Source: Scenedesmus sp. PABB004
Lineage: Eukaryota
Assembly: GCA_014905635.1 (NCBI GenBank)
Contig: JABVCE010000019.1
Span: 124,001 to 188,000, forward strand
Direction: 5' to 3'
Length of the DNA stretch: 64,000 nucleotides
Part shown: positions 54,966 through 64,000 of the stretch, one piece after another
Position numbering within the stretch: the stretch's first letter is position 1
Layout of the letters: every line of letters starts with the position of its first letter
Position numbers and translations under genes: made by a program
Notes under the pieces: generated by a model
Databases searched by the model: none
Told to the model about the DNA's origin: nothing
The model's input: the letters and a program-made list of their open reading frames with translations, nothing else

Positions 54966-56366
54966 TCACAGCCCCTGCTCCCGCATCTCCTCCTCAATGG
55001 CCTTGTCCTCGTCGTAGAAGCGCTGCCACGCGAGCACAAAGCCGCACACGAGCATCACTGCGCCGGCACGCCGCGGCGGCGGCGGCGGCGCGGCGGTGTC
55101 GGCCGACCGTTGGCGCGTGGCGCGCGCGCGCTCGCCCTCTGCCTGCCCGGCCAGCAAGCGCTGGTCGCTGCATAAACAAACAACAACAATAATGTCGTTA
55201 ACTCTGTCGACTCACGCGCGCCGATGCCGATGACAAAGGGGTTCTTCGTCGCCGCGAAGAACTCGGGCGGCAGGATGCCGCTGCCGATGAGCATCTCGCG
55301 CTCACGCACCGTGTACTTGTTGGCCGGCAGCTTCAGCAGCTGGCCCTCTGCGCGGCGGTGCGGCGCGGCGCGGCAGGTGGGCCGCCGCCTGTGCAGGAGG
55401 TGCCACCGGCGCCGTCGCCGGGCGCGGCGCTCACTGGACGCCGCGCTGCCGCTGCCGCCGCTGCCGCTGCCGCCGCTGCCGCTGCCGCCCCCGCCGCCGC
55501 CGCCGCGCCGTGCCGCGCCCACCCTTGAGCTTGTCCAGGTTCACGCCGGGGTTCAGCCGCTCCATCTCGGGCCGCGTGATGCTGCGGCGGCCGGTGATGT
55601 CGGCGTAGCGCTCACCTGCGGCGCCGGCGGCGGGCGCGTGGGCGCGCGGCGGTCACGCGCGGCGCCGGCGGCAGGCGGCCGGCGGGCGTTGCTGTCCGCA
55701 GCGCAGCACGGCGCCCCACGCCTGCCTCCCGCCTGCCCGCCTCTCTCTCCAGCCTGATGCCCCGCCCCGCCCCAGCACACACAAAACCCCTGGCCCCAAA
55801 CCGCCCCAACACCTACCCTTGCGCACGGGGTAGACGCGGTACACGGGGCCGATGCCCGCCATGATCTCCCTGTCGCGCGACGAGAGCGTGCCCGCGGGCA
55901 GCAGGATCGTCTGCCCCACCGCCACGGCGTCGGGGCGCACGTCGGGGTTGATCGCGAGCAGCTGCTGCACCGTGAGCCCTGGGGGCGGCGCAGGCGCGGG
56001 CGGGGGCGGGCGGGTGGCGGCGGCGGCGGGTGGCGGCACCTGCGGCTGCGAGCGGCGCGGCGGCGGCGCGGCGGCGGCGGCGCGGCTGCGAGCGGCAGTT
56101 TTCTGCGCCGCGCGCACCGCGCTTCTGCGCGATCGTCTTGATCGTGTCGTCCTTGCGGAGGGTATAGGGCCGCACGCTGACGTCGAACTGGTAGGCCCGG
56201 GGCACCACCGCGCGCCGGGCGGGCCGGGCGGGCTGCGCGCGCGCAGCAGCAGGCGGCGCAGCCGTGATGCTGGGGCCCGCCGGCACTGGCTGCCCGCGCC
56301 CCGCGCGCTGCGTGACCTCACCCGTGACATCCCGAGCGCGCCGGGCGCCCGCGGGAGGAGCGCCAT
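54966..56366 (-). CDS. Predicted plastid-targeted protein with two LysM domains and a C-terminal transmembrane helix; multi-exon
   Basis: Transit-peptide-like MALLPRAPGALGMSR|PARPARRAVVPRA. LysM1: YTLRKDDTIKTIAQKRGLTVQQLLAINP...GQTILLP. LysM2: YPVRKGERYADI...MERLNP...GQLLKLP. TM: FVIGIGA.LMLVCGFVLAW. Confidence 0.8.
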
Positions 56367-56681
56367 GGCCGCGGGGGGCTTGGGGCCGCTCTGCTGCGGG
56401 TCGCTCGCGAGCGCGGGCTGGCCCAGCGGTGCCGGGGCGGCGCTCGTGAGGGCGAGGGCGCGGCGGTGGGCGTGATCTGGAGGGGGCCGGGCATTGCCAG
56501 CCCAGACATCGCAGGCCGGAGCAGCAGCAAAACCCGCAGCCGCTGGACGAGTCCCGGCGCGGGCCCGGGAGCCGCGCGCGCCCCACCTCGCGCTCAGCGC
56601 TGCCGCGCCGGCTGATCAAGCCGGACAGCGCCGACGGCGCATCGCCGGGACGTGCTGCGCGCAGCCTGCTGCTGCTGCGCG

Positions 56682-57961
56682 ATGGAGGCGGCGTTCGTCG
56701 CCTGGCTGACGGAGCGGGGCGGCTTCGTCAACCCCAAGCTCAGCCTGTTCAGCCTGCAGGGCGATGGTGACCGCGGTGTGACGGTGCGGGAGGACGTGGA
56801 GGAGGGGGAGCAGCTACTGCTCGTCCCGCTCTCGGCGACCCTCCACCTCGCGGTGGACGACACCTCCGCGCCGTGAGTGGGCGCATCCGCCGCGGCGCAC
56901 TCACCGCTAGCACCGGCCCCGCGCGGCGGCGACGCGGACCCGCGCACGCGCCGCGGCGCCGTGCGGCGGCTGGCGGGCTGGCGGCCGCCGGGCACGGCGC
57001 GGCGCGGCGTGCGCGGGCCCCCGCCCCATGCCGCCGCCGCCGCCGCCCCGCGCAGCGGCGCCAGGCTGCCTGCTACGTGCCGGCCCGAGCTCGCCGCGTT
57101 CCTGGAGGAGCAGCGGCCGCCGCTGAGCCCCTTCATCGCGACGGCGCTCATGCTGCTCGCTGAGACGGGCAGCAGCTTGCAGGACGGCGAGCTGGGCAGC
57201 GGCGGCAGCGGCGGCGGCTTCGCGCCCTACTTTGCCACGCTGCCCGAGGGCGACACGCACTGCCTGATCAACTGGAGCGACGACGAGCGCGCCGCGCTCG
57301 CGGGTGCGCGAGGCGGGCGACGGAGCACGCGCCAGCGCCCGCCGGCCGGCGCGCCGCCGACGCCGGCCGGCGCGCCGCCGACGCCGCCGCCGCGGCGCCG
57401 GGGCCCGGACCGCAGGCACGAGCCTCGACCTCCCCGGCGCGGCGCCGATCGGCGAGCTGTTTGAGCGCGACATCGCGCCGCGCCTCGCGGCGGCGCCGCA
57501 GCTCTTCCCGGCGCCGCTGCGGACCGCGGCCGCGTTCCGGCGCGCCGCCGACATGGTGCAGACGCGCGCGTTCCACATGGCGAAGGACAACTGGCTCACG
57601 GGCGCGACCGAGGTGAGAGACGCGGGCGCCTGCAGCGGCGCCCTCCCACCGCGCCGCGCGCGGGCCCCGGCCAGGCGAGGCGCTGCCGACCCGACGCGGC
57701 CGCCGCGCCGTGCACGCCGCGCCCGCACGCTTCTCTTGCAGGAGGCGACGGAGGAGCTCTACCTCATCCCTGCGGTCGACATGCTCAACCACGCGAGCCG
57801 CCCGGAGCGCCGCAACGCGCGCCTCGCGCTCCTCCGCGGCGGCGGCGCGGCGGCGGGCGGTGGCGGGGACGGCGACGCGCCGCGCTGCGACTGCTTCACC
57901 ATGCGCGCGGGTGCGCGGCGCGGCGCGGCGCGGCGCGGCGCGGCGCGGCGCGGCGCAGCGC

Positions 57962-58002
<41 letters not shown>

Positions 58003-60648
58003 AGTGACGCCACTCGCCGCGCCGCGCCGCACCGCAGAGCGGGCCATCCCTGCGGGCGGGCAGGTGCTTCACACGTACGGCGACCTGGGCGACGCGCAGC
58101 TGCTGCAGGTGCGCGCCCGCCGGCCTCGCGCCGCGCGCCGCGCCGCGCGCTGGCTGCGGGGGCGCAGGGGCTGCGCCGCGAGCCGCGCCCGCGCGCGCAC
58201 AGCAGGGGAGGGACATGCTTGCGCAGGGCCCTCTCGCGGCCTTAAAACGCTGAGGCGCTCAGCGTCCCTGAACCCCGGCCCCCTCGCAGACCTACGGCTT
58301 CATCGATGCTCCGCCGGTGCTGCCTGGCGCGGCCGGCGGCGCCGCCGCCGCGGCGGAGGAGGCCGGCGAGGCCGGCGGCTGGCTCAACCCGGCGTCGTAC
58401 GTCGTGCTGCCGCTGCGCGCGCTGCTCGCCGCGGCGGACAAAGTGGGGCGCAAGGCGCGGCTGTGGCGCTCCAAGCACGCGCAGGAGGCGCGTGCGCCGC
58501 GCCGCCGCGCCCCGCCACGCCGGGGCGCGGCCGTGCGGCCGGCGGCGCGCCAGCCCCGGCCCGCCCTGCCTGACGCCTCCGCGGCCTGCCCTGCCTGCTG
58601 CGGCCGCCGCCGTGGGTGCAGCTGTTTGCGGCGAAGCTCGCGCTCCTGGCGAAGGAGGGCCTGCTGGCGGGCGCGGGCGCCGGCGGCGGCCGCATCGGCG
58701 ACGCGCAGCTGCTCGTGACCGCGGCCGAGCCGCTGCCGGACGCGCTGCTGACGATCGTGCAGGCGCGGCGGCGGCGCCTGCGCGGGCGCCCCCGGGGCCG
58801 CCCGGGGGCGGCGCGCAGCGCTGCTGCTGCGCCGGCGCCCCGGCTGGCGCGGGGCGGCTGGACACACCCCGACACGCCCGGCCCCCTGGCCGCGGGGCGC
58901 TCGCCGCAGGTGCTGGTAATGACGGCGCCGGAGTTTGAGCAGCTGCTGGAGGCGCAGGAAGAGGCGGCCGCGGAGGAGGCGGCCGAGGCTGCAGCAGCAG
59001 CAGCGGGCGCAGACGCAGCGGACGCAGACGGCGGCGGCGACGGCGCCGTGGGCGACGGCGGCGCCGCGGGCAAGGCGCCGCTGAGCCTCGGCCGCGCCAT
59101 GCTGCGCGGCGAGTTTGCGGAGCGCTGCAGCGCCGTGCTGGTCGAGGTTGCGGCGCGCTGCAGCGCGCGCTACGCGTGGCGCAGCGCCGGCGACGCGGCC
59201 GCCGCGATGGCGGCCGCGCCGTGCGGCGGCCGCGCGTGGCTCGCGGCGGCGCTCGTCGCGGGGGAGCAGCAGCTGCTGGCCCACATACGGCGCGGCGCGG
59301 TGATGCTGATGCTCGAGCAGGTGCGGGGTTAAGGGCGCGCGCCTTGACCGTGCGTCCCGGCGCGCCGTGCCGCGGCGGCACCGGCGACGGCGGCGGCGGC
59401 GGCAGCGTGTGCCCGAGGCGCCCGCGCGCCCGCGCGCCACAGGGCTCTGACGACGACGACTCGGACGGCTCAGACGGCGGCGGCGGCGGCAGCGACGACG
59501 GCAGCAGCAGCAGCTCGGACAAAGGCGAGGACGAGGGCGCGGCTGCGGCGGCGGCCGCCGCCGAGCCGCGGCGGCGGCGGCGCGGCGCGGGCGCGGCCGG
59601 CGGCGACGCCAAGCGCGCGCGGCGGGGCGACGCCGCGGACGGGGCGGCCGGCGCGCCCGCCGGCAAGGGCAAGCACGGCGGCCGGCAGGGCGAGGCCGGC
59701 AGGGCCGGCGCCAGGCGCAGCAAGCGCGGCGAGGCCGGCGGCGCCACCAAGGACAGCCGGCCTCACTACGGCGCGATGACCGGGCCAGAGGAAGAGGAGA
59801 TTTGGCAGAGCGACGACAGCGACAAGGTGCGCCGCGCACGGCGGGGCGCAGGGAGGGCGGCGCGCGGCCTGACGGAGCGAGCGCAGCTCGGGCGGCGGCC
59901 GCCGCGGCGCGCCAGCCCGCGCGTGAGCGCCGCCCGCCGCCCGCCGCCCGCCGCCCGCCGCCCGCCGCCCGCCGCCCGCCGCCCGCCGCCCGCCGCCCGC
60001 CGCCCGCCGCCCGCCGCCCGCCGCCCGCCGCCCGCCGCCCGCCGCCCGCCGCCCGCCGCCCGCCGCCCGCCGCCCGCCGCCCGCCGCCCGCCGCCCGCCG
60101 CCCGCCGCCCGCCGCCCGCCGCCCGCCGCCCGCCGCCCGCCGCCCGCCGCCCGCCGCCACGCCGCCGCGGCCCAGGTCGGCTACTCTTCGGACGACAGCA
60201 GCGACGGCGGCGGCAGCGACGCCGCGCCGCGGCCGCGCGGCGGCGGCGCCGGCGGCGCGCGCCACACGTACGAGGTCGGCGCGGGCGGCGCGGTGCGCGA
60301 GGCGCACGGGCACATGCTCGGCCCCGACGAGGCAGACCTGCTCGAGAGCGACGACAGCGACAAGGCGCGCCGCTGCTGCTGCTGCCGCGGTGGCGGCGGC
60401 CGCGCGCTGGGGCGGGCGCGGGCGGCGCCGCCGCCGACCCGCGCTCCCCTGCCGCGCAGGTCGGTTACGCCGACGAGGGCGACGGCGGCGCGGACGGCGG
60501 CGCGGACGGCGCCGAGGGCGGCGCGGCGGGGGCGGCGGCGCGGCGGCGCGCAGCGCGCGGCGCGGCGCGGGCGGGCGCGCGGCGGCGCGCGGGCGGGACG
60601 GCTGCGGCCAGCCAGCGCCCGAAGCGCGGGCTGGGGTTCAAGCCCTGA
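56682..60648 (+). CDS. SET-domain lysine methyltransferase (SETD6/Rubisco-LSMT class) with an acidic low-complexity C-terminus; multi-exon
   Basis: FVAWL..RGG, GDRGV...DVEEGEQLLLVP, VQTRAF, LIPAVDMLNH, GQVLHTYGDLGDAQLLQTYGF. The 3' exons are less certain. Confidence 0.8.
59930..60157. repeat. Intronic perfect heptamer satellite (CCGCCCG)n, ~32 copies
   Basis: Directly visible; produces RRPPPAA repeats in the ORF track. Confidence 0.95.
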
Positions 60649-60804
60649 GCGGGCGCGCGAGGCCGCGAGTCGTGGCCACAGCAATGTGCACAGCCCGGGC
60701 ACAAGCCGCCTGCGCCGCGAAGGAGGCACCGGCCCTTTGTGGCCAGCGCGAGCAGCGCCGCTGCCGCCAGCGCCCGCCGCCGCAGAGGCCCACGCCGCGC
60801 GGCC

Positions 60805-61471
60805 ATGATCTCAGCGCAACGCGCCGCGCTCGAATTGCCGGCGCGCAGCCGCGCGCGGCCCTGCCGAGCAGCAGCAGCGGGCCGGGCGCGCGCTGCTCTC
60901 GCGCCCCCGCGCGCAGCGGCCTCGTCCTCCCTGGACGCGCGCTGGCCGGAGCTGCCGGACCTCCCGCCGCCGCCCGAGCCGGTCGTGTGGGCCAAGGCGC
61001 TCGCCACGGTCGCGGCGCGGCGCGGCGCCGAGGCGGCGCTCGAGGCGGCCGCAGCGGTGCAGGTGGCCCTGGCGGAGCAGCCCACGCGCCTGCAGGTGTG
61101 ATCCTGGCGGAGCAGCTCGCCGGTGGCCGCCGCGCGCGCCGCACACCGCACAGCGCGCGGCACGCGAGCGCGCCTGTGCAAGCCTCGCACCACTCCCGCC
61201 GCCGCAGGAGTTTCAGGACGAGGTGCGCGCGGTCGCGGAGCGCGAGCTGCGCAGCTCGGGGCGCGCGCTGCTGGCGGCACCCCCGGGCGGAGCTGGCGGC
61301 CGCAGCGGCGGCGACGGCCCGCGCGCGGGCGGCGGTGACGCGCCGCCGCTGCCCGACCTGGAGGCCGTCATCGATGAGCTGCGCGCCGACATCGCGGCGT
61401 CGCGGGCGCTGCTGCAGCAGATGCGTGCGGAGCAGACGGCGGCGGCTGGGGCGCGGCCAGCGTTGACGTAA
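60805..61471 (+). CDS. Small plastid-targeted coiled-coil protein resembling the conserved cyanobacterial/plant At4g13200-like family; 2 exons
   Basis: Transit-like N-terminus, WAKALATVAARRGEAAL, LQ|EFQDEVRAVAEREL, DLEAVIDELRADIAASRALLQQMR. Family assignment from recalled similarity only. Confidence 0.6.
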
Positions 61472-61506
61472 CGCGCACGCGCAGCCGGCGGCGAGCCTGG
61501 AGGCGG

Positions 61507-64000
61507 CTAGCCCGCCTTGATCAGCTGCGCGCCGTCCTGCTGCTGCAGCTCGCCGCTCAGCGCCGGCAGCAGCAGCCCGCCCCCAGACGCCTTCCTGCTG
61601 CCGCCCAGCCGCGCGGCGCCGGCGCCGGTGAGGCTATGGGCGCGCTCCTGCTCCGCCTCCGCCTCCTGCGCGGCCGGCGCGCGGCGCGCGGCTGTGAGCG
61701 GCGGCGGGCAGCGGCGGCGGGGGGGGGGGGGGGGGGGGGGGGACGGGCGACGCCGCACACGCTGCGCCCTCAGCAGCGCCGCGCGCGCTGCGCCCGCGGC
61801 GCCGACCTGCATGTGGCCAGCGATCTGCACGCCAATATCCTCCAGCTGCTCCTCCAGCTCCGCCACCGCCGCCTGCGCCTCGTCGCGCGCGCGCTCGGCC
61901 AGCTGCCGCTGCAGCGCGGCCGCCGCGAGCTGCGCGCGCGCCTGCGGGGCGGCGCGGACGGGGCGCTCGGGAGCGCAGCGCGCGGCCGCGCCGGCGAAGC
62001 TGGCGCAGGCCGCGCGCCCGCCGGCCCGAGAGCGCAGCGTCGCTGCACGCGGCGGCCGCGCCGCACCTCGTCCAGCTGCCTCGCCAGCCCCGCCGCGTCC
62101 GCCTTGGAGGCGGCCAGCCGCTCGCAGAGGTCGGCCTCGGCCCCGTGCGCCGCCGCCAGCTGGCCGCCCAGGCCCGCCAGCTGCGCGGACAGCTCGGCCA
62201 CCTCCGCCGCCAGGCCGCCCGCGCGCGCCGACTCTGCCGCCGCCTGCGCCTGCTCGCGGCCGGCGGGCGCGGCGGCGCACGCGCGCTCGGGCGCGGCACG
62301 CCCGACAGCGGCGGCGCCGCGCGGCCCCGCCGGGCGCCCGGCGCACCTGCAGCGCGGTGGCCTCCTGCTGGTGCGCGAGCCGCGCCGCCCGCGCCGCCGC
62401 GTCGGCCTCTTGCCGCGCGCCGAGAAGCCTCTTCTCCCCAGGAGCTGCTGCTCCCGCAGCTGCGCCTCCAGCGCCGACACCTGGCGGCCGCGGCGGCAGG
62501 CGGGCGCTTAGAAAGCGAGCCACCGCGCGCTGCCCGCCCTCGCCGCAGACCGGCTGGCGCGGCGGCCCACCGCCCGCCGCACCCACCTTGGCCGCGCGCG
62601 CCTCGCTCTCCACGCGCAGCCCCGCCAGCTCGTGCGACGCCTCCTTGAGCCGCCGCCGCAGCCCGTCTGCCTCGCCGCCCGCCGCGCCCGCCGACGCCTC
62701 GGCCTGACAAGGCGGCGCAGGCACGCCGCGTCAGCCGTGCGCGGCGACACCGCGCGGGGGCGGGGCGGCGGCCGGCGGCGCTCCGAGCTGCCCAGCGCAG
62801 CCACCGCACCTTGTCAGCGCGCTCACGCAGCGCCGCGGCCTGGCGCTGCGCCGCGCCGAGCGCCTCGGCCAGGCGCAGCACGTCAGAGCGCGCCTGCGAG
62901 CGGCGGCAGCGGCCGCGACCGAGTGGCGCCAGTGCGCTCGCAGGCGTCGGCCGGCCGCGCCTGCGCGCGGCGCTGCACTGCACGGCGTGCGCACCTGCGT
63001 CTCCTGCCGCGCCAGCGCGTCGCGCACGGCCTGCACAGTGGCGGGCGCGCGCCGCGGGCGCGTGTCAGCGACCGTCAACCGGCCCCGCGCCAGCGCGCCG
63101 CGTAGCGCAGCTCGTCACCGCCGCGCCCCCCGTCCCGGCGCGCGGCTCGCCTGGCCGTAGGTCGTCTTCAGCCACGCAATGAGCTTGGGCCACTTGAGCG
63201 GCCCTCCTACTGACGCTGCATAGTCATCGAGAAACTGAGCCAGCGCCCCAACGCGGTGCGGCGGGTGGCGGCAGTCAGCGGCGGCGGCGTGCGTGGGGCG
63301 CGCGGTCGGCGGACGGGTCGCGCGGGCGGCGCCCCGCGCACGCAGCGCCCGAAGCCCCGGCGCGCGCGCCGCACCCGCGCCAGCGCGTCCGGCAGCGCGT
63401 CCGCCGGCGCGCCGCTAGAGGCTGCCGCGGACAGCCGCGCCGCGCCGGCGAGCAGCAGCTCGTTCGCGGCGGCCGCCGCCTCGGCCAGCCGGCGGCCGCG
63501 CACCTGCGCGAAGCTGCACGGCGCGGCGGTCGGTCGGGGCGGGGGCTTGCCCGGCCCCGCGGCTAGAGCAGCGCTCCGCTGCTAGCTCCCAGCTCGCCGC
63601 CTCCCCTATGCCCGGCCTCACCGCGCGGCGCAGGCGTCCGCATAGCGCCGGCGGTGCGCTGCAACGATGGCCGGCTCGCCGACCGCGACCGCGTCAAACG
63701 CGGCGCCCGCGGCGCCGAGGCAGCGCGCGTGCTCCGCCGCGAGCTCCGCATCCTCGGGCGGCACGTCCTGGCCGCCAGCCCCCCGCGGCGCCGCAGGGGT
63801 TGCGCGCGCGGCGGGGCGGGCGGCGTGAGGCGCGGCGCAGGGGCGGCGCGGCGCGCCCGACGCCGCGCGCGTGCGCCCCCGCGCCGGGGTCACCTCGCTG
63901 AATTCGCGCGCGTACGCCGCCTCCGCCGCGTCCGCCGCGCGCCGGCACTCCTGCTCCGCCACGCCCTGCGCCGCGCGCGGGCGGCGGCGGGCGCGCGCCC
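61507..64000 (-). CDS. 3' part of a guanylate-binding-protein-like (plant GBPL3-like) GTPase with a long coiled coil; continues off the right edge
   Basis: EQECRRAADAAEAAY...PPEDAELAAEHARCL..AFDAVAVG and FLDDYAASVGGPLKWPKLIAWL resemble the plant GBP helical region, followed by coiled-coil exons. Stop at 61507. Confidence 0.7.

Noticed and set aside
58242..61466. Very long overlapping ORFs with RRPPPAA/GGRRAA repeats
   Set aside because: Artefacts of the intronic heptamer satellite and antisense frames of the SET gene.

Overview
This is eukaryotic, very GC-rich, intron-dense nuclear DNA. The 5S rRNA sequence, TTTAGGG-type motifs, GTGCG/GCGCG splice donors and HGDL-type TKL kinase point to a chlorophycean green alga (Sphaeropleales-like; inferred). 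The left ~18 kb is a dynamic accessory region. It holds two tandem copies (offset 10176 bp) of a giant secreted Cys-rich gene (ETDVDCGG repeats, SP linker, ~15 EGF-like modules, ricin-B-like C-terminus), decayed fragments of a sphingosine/ceramide kinase and a mitochondrial carrier, and three pieces of a non-LTR retrotransposon, one nested inverted in another with a 7-bp TSD. The rest is gene-dense, in order: tRNA-Arg(ACG); a copper-radical (glyoxal/galactose) oxidase with a complete 5S rRNA gene in one intron; a SERCA/ECA3-like Ca-ATPase; a secreted double RCC1-propeller protein; an apparent SLC35A nucleotide-sugar transporter fused to a LicD/fukutin-like domain; a myristoylated GAF-TKL kinase; ARL16; a KUP/HAK K+ transporter flanked by direct repeats; a plastid-targeted double-LysM protein; a SET-domain methyltransferase; a small cyanobacterial-type plastid protein; and the 3' part of a GBP-like GTPase. 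The two most notable observations are the transporter-LicD fusion and an unusually high frequency of GC-AG introns. All family assignments come from motif recognition by eye, not database searches, and exon boundaries are manual predictions.
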